Both the position numbers and the translations under genes were made by a program. DNA of 64,000 nt, from contig CM041465.1 of assembly GCA_023213395.1 (NCBI GenBank), positions 187,867,741 to 187,931,740 on the forward strand, given 5' to 3'. The notes under the pieces are model-generated. The model was given only the letters and a program-made list of their open reading frames with translations, did no database searches and was not told where the DNA came from. Positions 52,770-64,000 of this stretch are shown in pieces. Position 1 is the stretch's first letter; every line of letters begins with the position of its first letter. The DNA comes from Cycas panzhihuaensis. Lineage: Eukaryota; Plantae; Cycadophyta.

Positions 52770-55700
52770 AAAGATGTCAGTTTCTGTCTCCCTCTTGGTA
52801 TATATAGAGAAATTAAACTCTACATTAGACATCTGGAAATGTCTTGAGAATCTGTGTGGGCAAAAAAATAAAGCCAAGATCATTGCACGTAAGGAAGATC
52901 TATACAAACTCCACATGAAGGAAAGTGAGACTGTAACAGAATTCATACACAAGGTTATTTCAATTAAGTGCAGGAGGTATCATTTCAGAACAAGAGCTGG
53001 TGGAATTGATGGCAAGCAAGCTACCAAGATCATTTGACATAACCATTAACACCATTACAAACAATAACCAGATTGATAAAATGACTCTTGATGAATTGAC
53101 TGGGTTGTTATTAAGACAGGAACAAAGAAACAAGCGCTATGAGGATTCTTCAGAACTGGAAGATGCCTTTGCATCTGGGTTGAATCTAGGACCACGTGGA
53201 CGAAACCAGGCTCATGGGCGAGGACAGACGCCAAACATCAAAGGTCGAGGATGTTGGCAAGAATCTAGAGGACGTGGACGAAGCAAAGACACCAAGGTAT
53301 GCTTCAACTGTGGAAAAATCGGGCACATCTCCAGTACATGCAAAATTTTTGATGTTTGTTACCACTGCGGGCAATCAGGGCATTACCCATACCAATGCCC
53401 ATAAAGAAGGATCGATATTCAGAAAGGGAAACGACCTATTGGAGGATATAGCAAAGAAAAAATAGAGGAAGAGGAAGAAGAGACTGCCTTCATTGTTGCA
53501 CTGACAACAAGTCTAAAAGATGGAGACATATGGTATATTGATTCGGGAGCTTCGCGACACATGACCAATCGTGAAGATTGGTTTGAAACCTTAAAGCGTT
53601 GCGACTTCGACAAATCAGTTGAACTTGGAGACAAATACCCACTTGACATAAAGGGGGTGGGTACTATCGCCATCAATCTGCAAGGAAATGTAAAGAAAAT
53701 TGGGAATGTTTTGTTAGTCCCTAGTCTAAAAATGAATCTTCTTTCTGTCTCACAACTTAGCAAAAAGGGGCTAAGGACAATTTTTGATGAAGAAGGATAT
53801 TGTCATGTTCTAGACATGAAAAACAATGGGAAAATCATTGCCAAGGGCATAAGATGTAATGATTTGTACAAACTTCTGTTAGATCCTGTGATTCCCAGTG
53901 TGGAAGAAAAAGCTTGTACTGCTATTAAATCTGATAATAAAATTTGGCATTTGAAGTATGGACATCTTCCCATTGAAACATTAAAATCAATGGAAAAATG
54001 AGGCATACTAAATGGGCTGCCCTATATTTCTTATGACAACTTTGTTTGCAAAGGCTGCCAATTTGGCAAACAACACCGACATCCTTTCAATGAAAGCAGT
54101 TGGAGAGCACAATCAAAGTTGGAATTAATCCATATGGATCTGTGTGGTCCCATCACACCACTCTCAATCAATGGGTGCAGGTATTTTCTAACCTTCATTA
54201 ATGATTTTACTCGAAAAGAGTGGGTTTACTTTCTTCACAACAAGTCAGAAGTTTTCGAAACATTCAAAGAGTTTAAAGCAGAAGTAGAGCTGGAATCAGG
54301 AACAAAAATCAAGTGCATTAGATCAGATGGAGGAGGTGAATAGATCTTGAAGGAGTTTCTGAACTACTGCAAGTTGCATGGAATTCGCAGACAGGTGACA
54401 ACTCCATATACACCACAATCTAATGGAGTTGCAGAAAGGGAAAACAGGACTCTAATGGAAATGGCCGGAAGCATGGTTTACGAAAAGGAAGTTCCAAAAT
54501 CATATTGGGCCTAGGCAATAAGCACCGCCTACTATCTAATAAATCGAAGCCCAACAAAGGCTCTAAAGAACATCACTCCAGAAGAAGCCTAGACAGGTAG
54601 AAAACCTGATGTAAGTTCACTTAAAATATTTGGTAGCCAAGCTTTTGTTCACATACTTGATAAAAGGAGATTTAAAATTGATGCAAAAAGCATAGAATGC
54701 ATTATGATAGGTTACAACAAAAACTCAAAGGCCTATAAATGCATAGATCCTAAGTCCAATAAAATCTACGTAAGTAGAGATGTTGTTTTCAATGAAGGAG
54801 ATAGCTCAAATGATACTTCACAAGTTAGAATAATCGAAGGAAATGAGAAGGATGTGGAACAAGAAGCTGTGTCCGAAATTACCTCAGAGGAAATACCCTC
54901 TGCAGAATCATCTCCTTCCTCTTCATCAATTCAAAATGAAACAACAGAAGGAGAAGAATCAGCCATAGAACAATCAATGGAGGAAACAAACACTGAAGAA
55001 GGTACACAAAAACATAAGAAGTTACCTAAATGGTTCATCAAAACAATCGAAGAGGGAAAAGGCAATGTGCTTGAACACAGAACACAAAGCCAAAAGGCCA
55101 AGGGCCCTAATAAGTAGAGTTGAACCACGGACCTTTCAAGAGGCCAAAGATCAACATGAATGGAAGTTAGCCATGGACAGTGAAATGGACTCAATTAGAA
55201 AAAATCAAACATGGGAACTAGTAGAGTTACTTGCCAACAAATCTGTAGTCAGCTGCAAATGGGTCTACAAAATTAAGGAGGGAACTAGTGGCGAAATAGA
55301 GAAGCACAAAGCACGGCTTGTTGCAAAAGGATACACTCAAACAACTGGAGTGGACTTTGAAGAAACCTTTTCTCCTGTGGCGAAGCTAAACACTGTAAGA
55401 ACATTGATTGCACTAGTTGCTATTCAAGACTGGAAAATCTTTCAATTAGATGTAAAAAGTTCCTTTTTGAATGGGGAATTAGAAGAGGAAGTCTATATGA
55501 AACAACCTGAAGGATACATCAAAGAAGGACAAGAGCATCTGGTATGCAAATTAAAAAAGGCTCTATGTGGGTTAAAGCAAGCCCCTTGAGCCTAGTATGC
55601 AAAATTAGATCAATACCTGTGTCAGAACTGCTTTCAACGATGTGATTCAAACTCCAGCTTATACATAAGGAAAAGAAATGGCAAAGTCACAATAATTGTT

Positions 55701-58700
55701 GTTTATGTAGATGACATGGTTCTCACAAGTAATGATGGAGAATCTATTCAAGACATAAAAGAACAACTCAAGCGAGAATTTGAAATGACATACTTGGGCC
55801 TCTTGAGCTACTACCTGGGGTTAGAAATAGATCAACAACAAGGTTATGTTGCTCTATCTTAGAGCAAATACATCAGAGATTTATTGACCAAATTCCATAT
55901 GGAAAATTGCAACCCCTGTGCCACACCCATGGAAATAAATTGTGACCTAATAGCAGACGATATGGAGCAGGCAGCGGACATCACCTTATATAGACAAATG
56001 ATTGGGAGTCTGATTAATTTAATGGACACCAAGCCTGACATATCACATTCAGTGGGATTAGTATCCAGATACATGCAGAATCCTAAAATGAGACACTGGA
56101 AGGCCATAAGGAGAATTCTAAGGTACCTAAAGGGGATGATAGACCTGAAACTAGTGTATCCTAAAGGAGGATCAATTAATCTATTGGGTTTCTGTGACTC
56201 CAACTGGGCAAGAGACAAAGAATAAAGGAAATCAACTAGTGGGTACTATTTTTTTCTAGGATCTGTAGTAATTTCCTGGTGTAACAAAAAACAGGCTACT
56301 GTGGCATTATCATCCACTGGGGCAAAATACAAAGCAACTGTGACAGCAACGTGCGAAGCTATCTGGTTGAGACAACTCCTAGCTAACTTGGAACAACGAC
56401 ATAATCAAGTGACTATCCAGAAATGTGACAATTAGAGCGCCATCAAATTAACCAAAAATCCAGTCCTTCATGCAAGAACCAAACACATAGAAGTACATCA
56501 TCACTTCACGAGGGAAAAAGTTCACAACAGGGAAATCGATTTGGAATACTGCCCATCTACAGAACAAGTTGCAGATCTGTTGACAAAATTTGTTGGAAAA
56601 GAGAGATTTCAAAATCTAAGGAACATATTAGGTTTACTAGAGATAAAACATTAAGAGAGAGTGTTAGAGTGTAATGTTTTATCTGGGTACAAAAAGGGGT
56701 AATGTTGTAATACCCTCAAATGTCACTGATATCTAAGATGTCGACACTTGGCAATCAAAGGTGGATCAGTTACAATTCAGTTTGTAATGGTCATCTAGTA
56801 TGATGTATATTTAAAGGAGACTAGATCTCCATGGAAGGCAAGTTTTTTATTCATCTCAATTAGGTTTGCTATCATTATCTCTGCGCTCTTCCTCTATCCG
56901 TTCCTCATCCGTGTCACTGCTGCTCGTCTCCGGGACAATGGTGAACTTGTGTGTCTCTCCAGGATTGCTACAACTCTCCTTTCTTTCCCTCTAGGTGCAT
57001 CTATGACTCCTGGCCTCCTCAAGTGCCTTTCATGCCCTCTGTGCATTCCCATGCATCCCCCTATTTTGCCTTGCGGTGCGTTTTTCATTTAAATCTTCAT
57101 TTTCTTTGAGAGTAACTGATGAAAAACAATTAGTATAACTATCTCCTAACTTGTTGATAGGTGTATGATGGAGCTGGGCGGTTTTTGTGATCATCCGATC
57201 ACTTTCAGGCCGTCGAATCATCATCTGGTTGCACCTGGTCTAGTTCAGGTTGCACCTGGTTTAGTCCAGGTCACACCTGGTTCACTTTGGTTGCACCTGC
57301 AGATTTTCTGGTTACACTCTAAATGCATTTCCTCCACTTTTTAGTAGTCCAAATTATATTCTTAGGATTTAATAGATCCGAAAATGGATCAAAACTCCCC
57401 CTTCTTAGGAGTTTATGGCCTCATGAACCTTATAAATGTAAATGAGGAAATTTAATTCTTTCCTTCTCCCTGCTGTACCATTTTGCTTTGCTGGGCACTT
57501 GTCCTTTTTCTGCAATCCTAAAGGACTCAATTATGCCTCGTCTGGTCTTGGTCTGCTTTTTTTGAAGAATGCATTCATTTTGCATTGGTTCTTCTTTCTC
57601 CGCTCGCAACAAGTGGAATTCCCTTTTCATCTTTATCCAACATGGATGGCTCGAACATCTTCAAATTCTCAACGTTCTAGACTAAATACATCTTCATGAA
57701 TTCTGGAAGTTCAAGCTGAAAAGCATTTTCCCCAATCTTCTTCAATATTGAAAAGGGACCATAACGAATAAGCTTCAACTTTTTGCCTTCACCTTGCAAT
57801 CTTTTCTTTGCTAAGATGCAACCAAACTCGATCTCCTTCCTTGAAGGAATGGCTCGTTCTATATGCATCATGCCTTTGTTTAGATCTCTGTTGAGGTTTT
57901 TGAAGCTGCTCCTCAACTTGTTGATAGATTTTTCTGATTCTTTCCAAGAATCTTTGCGCCTTCTCTTGTCCTTCTTCCTCTTTTCCATTTCCTGCAGTAA
58001 GTTGAGTTGAAAATTCTAAATCAAATGGACTTGCAGGCAGAAATCTCAAACATACCTCGAATGGTGATTTGTAAGTTAAGCTATGGACTGCTCTGTTGAA
58101 GGCAAATTGTAGGTATAGGAGACTTTCATCCTAAGTCTTAGGATGCTTAGCATTGTATCCTTGTAACAACTGTACCAACGTTTTGTTGACGACTTCAGAT
58201 TGGCCATCTGTTTGAGGATGAAAGGTTGTGCTCATCTTCAGCTTTGTGTCCATCATTCCCTAAAGAGTTTGCTAAAAATGGCTCAAAATTTGTTGTCTTG
58301 ATCAGAAATGATTGAGTTGGGAAGCCCAAAATGCTTCCAAACATGCTGGAAAAACAATCTAGCCATGTCCTCTCCTGTGCGTCTTCCTATAGGGAATTAA
58401 CACCACCATTTTACTGAATTGATCAACAACAACAAATAAATAATCCATACCATTTTTGGTCCATGGTAGTCCTCCAAGGAAATCCATGGAGATACTCTCC
58501 CATGGTGATGATGGAACAGGAAGTGGAGTGTACAATCCAAACATCCTATTGGCCAGCTTTGATGTGCTACATAATGTACATCCTTGTACTGTTATAGTCA
58601 CGTCCTATTGCATATTGGGCCAATATATATATCGTTGCAAATTTAGCAGTCTTCCCACTCCAAAGTGTCCTGCAACTCGATAGGTGTGACCTTTTCTTAC

Positions 58701-61700
58701 CTACTTCATTCAGTCTGCATGCTTTGGAATGCAAAGCTTGTCATGCTTGAAAAGTAGGCCATCTTTCAGTTGAAAATCAACAACTACTTTTCTCTGTTGT
58801 AGCTGCTCCAAGATAGGCTTGAATGCCTCATCTTCCAAGTACAAATCAACATTTTCATCATGGCAGAAATGCTGAAATTGCATAGCTACTAACAAACTAG
58901 AAATACCTTGTTGTTGAGGAGGTCTGGACAACAAGTCTACAATTTTATTTGTTGTGCCTTTCTTGTACTTGACCACTATGTGAAACTGTTGCATCCACTT
59001 CATGTGCTTGGCTTGCTGCAATTTGGACTATGTCTGCAATAATTGTAAAGGCTTGTGGTTGGTGTTGATGACCACCTCTTTTCCCAACAAGTAAGGTCTC
59101 CAATGCTTGACTGCTTGGTGCAATGCATAGAGCTCCTTATCATAAGTTGGGTAGTTTATTACAACCCTATTAAAAGTCTTTGAATGGTATGCTACCAGCC
59201 TTCCCTCTTGCTTCAATATTGCTCCATGGCATAACTTGGAGCATCAGTCTCAAACTCAAATGGTTTTTGCAATGAGGGTAAGGCTAACATTGGTGCCTCA
59301 CAAATTTTCTGCTTCAAAAGCCTAAAAGCTTTCTCTTGCTCATTCCCCCAAAGGAACTTTGCATGTCCTTCTGTCAATGCATGAAGAGGTGCTGCAATTT
59401 GAGAGAATTTGAAAATAACTTTTCTTAAATATTGACATGCACCAATGAAACTTCTTACCTTCGTAATTGTTTTGGGTGTGGGCCAATTCAGAATGACTCT
59501 AGTCTTTGCAAGGTCAATCTTCAATTCTCCTCCTCCAACTACAGAACCCAAGAAGACGAGAGATTACTTTCCAAAATTGCACTTCTTCAAGTTAAGTTTC
59601 AACTGCTGCTCTTGAAGGACTTTGAGCACTTGGTCAACATGTTGGAGGTGCTCCTCCCAAGCATGGTTGAAAATTAGAATATCATCTAAATAGATAATTA
59701 CAAAGTCATCAATAAAGGGTCTCAATACCTCATTCATTAACCTTATGAAGGTGGCAGGTGCGTTGCACAAAACCAAAAGGCATCACCATCCATTTGAACA
59801 ACCCTTGCTTCGATTTGAAAGTTGTCTTCCAGGCATCCTCTTCTCGGATTCGAACTTGATGGCAACTTGATTTTAGGTCCAACTTGCTGAAATATCTTGC
59901 AGATTGCAGTTGGTCCAACAAGTCATCTAGTTGTGGTAAGGGATGTCGATTCTTTATGGTGATCTTGTTCAAAGCCCGGTAGTCAATGCATATTCTCCAT
60001 CCTCTATCTTTCTTTGGCACCAAAACAATAGGTGAATCGCAAGGGGAACAACTCAACTTAATCACTTTTTGCTCCAAGAGTTCTTGGATTTGTTTCTTAA
60101 TCTCTTCATTCTCCAAATTTGAGTTTTGATAGAGACTAAGATTGGGCAAAGGTGAATCGGCAACCAGCTGGATTTCATGTTCAATTGCCCTCTTAGGGGG
60201 CAGCCCTTTTGGTTCCTGGAATACGTCATTATACCTATTCCTTAGGCCTTCAATGTACTGCACTTGTTTCCTATCCAACGCCTGCATTGAGGACTCTGCT
60301 TACTCTTTTTCTTCCACCTTTTGCTTCACCATCAGCAACACAAATTTCCCACAAGCATTAATCAATCTTTTTGCTTGTTGGGAGGATATGAGGAGATCTT
60401 CCTTTGCGGCTTTGATGCATTGATCAAATATGATTTCTCGTCCTTGATGAGTCGAATCTTTCTTAGCCTCTATCATAGAGATATGGGCTGCCAAACACAA
60501 CTTGACAAACGTCCAAAGGAACCACTTCACATTCAACATGAATGAACTTTTCAGAAATTGCAAGTTTGAACTTACATTGGTGAGTAACTTGCAACTTTGA
60601 ATCTTTTTGTAGCCATCCAAGAGGATATGGTTTTGGATGTGCATGTATTTTTAATCTCAGCTTCTTTACTAACGGCTCTGAGATTAAGTTCTTTTGGCTT
60701 CCTCCATTAAAGATGGCATCAACCATACTTTGCTTTACTTGGATTCTCACCATGAAGAGCTCCTCTCTGATCTCTGGATCAACTTGTTGATTGCTGTTTT
60801 TGGGCTCCGCATTGGCCATGAGCATCAACTTCTCATTGGCTCATTCAGTGCTGCAAACGTCTTCATGTCCTACAGAGTTAAGTAAAGCTTTACCTTCAAC
60901 TTTGGCTTTATCTTTCTCTTTGTTCTTGGGCCGCTTCTCTGGATGTAAGAACCAACAATCGTCTATGCTGTGACCCACTCGCTTGCAATGCGTGCAAGAG
61001 ACTTTGATTTGAGTGGTATTGGCTTGTTTTTTCTTGCCAAAACCCCCAATCGATTGCTGTCCAACTTTTCTTGGAAACTTCTTTCCTTCGGTAGATTTGT
61101 TGCTACCTTCTTGAGGTGCAAACCTTTTCCTCTCAACAAAAACCTTCTTGTTCCCCTTCTCTATGGTGATCGCTTTCTTGCTGGCTTCATCAAGCATCTT
61201 CACTTCAAACAACTGAATTTCTTGCTGAATATGCTGGTGCAATCCTCTAATATATTTCAACATTATATCTTTTCCCAGTAAAGAGATGCCCAACACAGCA
61301 ACTTGTTTTTAAAATTCGTTTGTGTATTCTTGGACATTTTGGCCTCTTTTCTATCGATAATACTACCATTTTATTCTTTGCTGCTCTTCATGCTCAATAG
61401 AGTAGAATTGCTTCTTTATGAGGGTTTTAAATCACTGCCAAGTGATTTCAGTCACATTATGGGAATTGAGGTATGCATTCTACTAAACTAATGCATGCTT
61501 GGATAATTTTAACCTAGCAAAAGTGATTTTCTGCTGGTTTTTATACCCATAAATTGAGAAATAAGTTTATAGTTGGTCCAACCAACCATCTAACTTTTCA
61601 GTATCTAAGGCTCCATCATAGATGGGTAGTTCAAGTTTCGCTTCTACCTTGAATGGATGTACTGCCACCGACGGATTGTCATCTTCGTCTTCTTGACTTC

Positions 61701-62836
61701 GGTCTTCTCTGCATCCCTCACTCGTCTCCTCTTTTACTGGTTCATCTTCTTCCTTCTTCTTGCCTTTGGCTACTGAAGAAGTTGCACCTTGCTGAGAAAG
61801 TAGCTGTGCTACAAGCTGAGTTAGCCTATCGAGGTTTTGCTCCATCTTCATGAATCTTTTCTCCATCTCTTGGTCCGATTCGACCATCTTCCTTCGCTGT
61901 CTATGCTCTTTCTCAAGCGGTTCAGATAAAGGCTCGCTAGTCAACTGGTACTGAAACCTAGTTTTCATAAAATTTTTTGCACAACAAAACAAGAGTTTTT
62001 TTTTTTTTTTTTCTCTTTTTTCTTCAAAAATCCCTAAACTTCCAAGGTTTTGTTTTTTTTTTTAAGAAACAAAGCTCTGATACCAAAAATATTGATCTTA
62101 ATTTGAATGGAAAAGTGAAGACTTAATCCAATTGAAACAAACTCAAAATCAATATACAGTGTAAAACACTTTTATATTTGAAAAATTCTTACAAAATTCT
62201 GTTATCTTTATGCTCTACTGAGCATATATAGGACTGCTACAACAATCTGGAATGAAGAAATGTGTGTTCGGCACAACTAGGCCGTTTCATTTTGTCTGGA
62301 ATGGTTTACTAGTTTCTAAGAAGTGAGGATTTATCCTCTGTTTTCAGCTGCAAGCCTCTTTTGGGATATCGTCTGACTTGGGGCATCTACGCTGGACTAC
62401 TATTGTTGTCTTCATTTTTCCCATGCTACGTCTAAACCTTTTCAAACTCCTCTTGGGCTTCAGGAACAAATTTGGCCCTGCGCTATTATCTCTGCGCTCT
62501 TCCTCTGTCCGCTCCCTATTTGTGTCATTGCTACTTGTCTCTGGGACAATGGCGAACTCGTGCACCTCTCCGGGACTGCTATGGCTCTCCTTTCTTTCTC
62601 TCTGGCTGCATTTGTGACTTCTGGCCTCCTCAAGTGCTTTTTGTGCCCTCTGTGCATTCTTGTGCGTCCCCCTGTTTTGCCTTGCTGTGCGTTCTCCATT
62701 TAAATCTTCATTTTCTTTGAAAGTAAATGATGAAAAACAATTAGTAAAACTGTCTCCTAACTTGTTGACAGGTGTATGATGGAGCTGGGCGGTTTCTATG
62801 ATCATCCGATCACTTTCAGGTCGTCGGATCATCATT

Positions 62837-62973
62837 TGGTCGCACCTGGTCTAGTTCAGGTTGTACCTATTTCAGTTCAGGTCACACCTGGTTCAGTCCA
62901 GGTCACACCTGGTTCACTTTGGTCACACCTGCAGACCTCTGGTTGCACCTGCAGATTTTCTGGTTGCACTCTG
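62837..62973. repeat. About 21-bp tandem array (caggt(c/t)(a/g)cacctg core) inside the Gypsy LTR, 7 units; 5 units in the other LTR (57226-57320)
   Basis: Direct reading of both LTR copies. Confidence 0.85.
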
Positions 62974-64000
62974 AATGCATTTCCTTCACTTTTTAGCAGT
63001 CCAAATTATATTCTTCTGATTTAATAGATCCGAAAATGGATCAAGATTTCATCAAAATCTATACCTGATTGCTGTGCATACCCCTTAGCCACCAATTAAG
63101 CTCTATTTCACTCAACCACACTATCAACATCCCTTTTCAGCTTAAAGACCCACTGATTTCCTATGGCTTTGCGACTTGCAGGCAATTCCATCAGCTCCCA
63201 TGTTTTGTTTTTACTTAGGGCCTCCATTTCCTCCTCCATGGCAATCCACCATTTGCTTGCTTCTTCGCCCTCACAAGCTTCATGAAATGAGCTAGGCTCA
63301 CCAACATCAGTAACTAATGCAAAAGTTGAATGTGCATTAAGAGTATACCTTTAGGGTGGCTTAGATATTCTAGTGGATCTCCTAATCCAATGAGATCCAT
63401 CAACCTGTGGTTGCTCAAGTTGTTGTTCTTCCTGTTTAGTCACGATATTTTGTTGTTCAAGTTCTTGATTTTCATCTTTTCCATAGCATCATCTTCCACT
63501 TTTATTTCCTTAGTAGGTATAGCATCTATTGTTTGTTCTTCTTCAACTTTCTGCATGGATTTCTCATTAAATACCACATCTCAGTTAATGATAAGCTTGT
63601 GGGCAGTTGTATCCCATAGCTTGTACCCTTTTGTTCCATCATCATATCCAAGAAAAATACACTTCTTGGACTTTGCGTCCAACTTGGACCTTTGTTCATT
63701 TAAGACATGGGCATAAGCATCACAACCAAAAACAACTAAATGGGAATAATTAATAGGTTTTCTTGTCCATACCTCTTCATGAATCTTCCTGTCTATAGCT
63801 GTAGTGGGTGACTTGTTGATCAGGTAAGCACGTATATTTAGAGCCTCAACTCAAAATTCTTGCCCCAAACTAGCAATGCTGAGAATATACGTGGCATGCT
63901 CCATAATGGTACGGTTCATCCTCTCAACTTCCTCATTTTGGTGTGGGGTGCTGGGAATTGTTTATTGCCTGGCTATTCCATGTTCACTACAAAATTGATC

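Larger units (their letters stand above)
51379..56874 (+). mobile_element. Ty1/Copia element B, full-length, inserted in the Gypsy 3' LTR
   Basis: 213-bp LTRs at 51379-51591 and 56662-56874; perfect TSD TTATC; PBS tggtatcagag at 51592-51602; PPT aagagagag at 56653-56661; gag with two CCHC knuckles, WYIDSGASRHM protease, HMDLCGP integrase, VYVDDM RT and RNase H; several in-frame stops. Confidence 0.97.
50999..63043 (-). mobile_element. Ty3/Gypsy chromovirus-like (CRM-type gag/protease) retrotransposon inserted in the RT of Copia A
   Basis: LTRs at 62093-63043 and 50999-57391 (the latter interrupted); TSD agctt/agatt; PBS gctctgatacca on + at 62074-62085; PPT at about 57395-57405; gag (61567-61992, 60841-61296), protease HPKPYPLGWL, RT IYLDDILI, RH NYPTYDKEL, integrase WESISMDF and GPF, chromodomain-like tail (57430-57630). 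Confidence 0.95.
49267..64000 (-). mobile_element. Ty1/Copia element A (Tnt1/Tork-like), split by the Gypsy insertion; continues beyond the window
   Basis: Probable 3' LTR at 49267-49613 (tgtaag...ccaaca) followed by a PPT; RNase H and RT ORFs at 49688-50910; RT resumes at 63044 so that GIDFDEIFSP is restored; integrase remnants run to 64000. Confidence 0.9.

Overview
Plant nuclear DNA, probably from a large, heavily methylated genome with very long introns (gymnosperm-like; this is an inference). Bases 1-38.9 kb are old, AT-eroded LTR retrotransposons (Copia and Gypsy, several with LTR pairs and TSDs still readable) plus a long (TA)n tract. The only host gene seen starts at 39874: exon 1 of a peroxisomal beta-oxidation multifunctional protein (AIM1/MFP2 family). 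No conventional exon 2 appears before the window ends, so the intron exceeds 24 kb unless a candidate 9-nt micro-exon at 40793-40801 is used. The intron holds a full-length L1-clade LINE with a 15-17 bp TSD and a four-level nest (Copia, then Gypsy, then Copia, then TRIM). The most unusual object is the innermost 287-bp TRIM with 61-bp LTRs. It carries a tRNA-type Pol III A-box in the LTR and a B-box/T-arm just after the PBS, at tRNA spacing, so a complete promoter would exist only at the 5' LTR. Most short ORFs in the track are antisense or fragmented retroelement frames.
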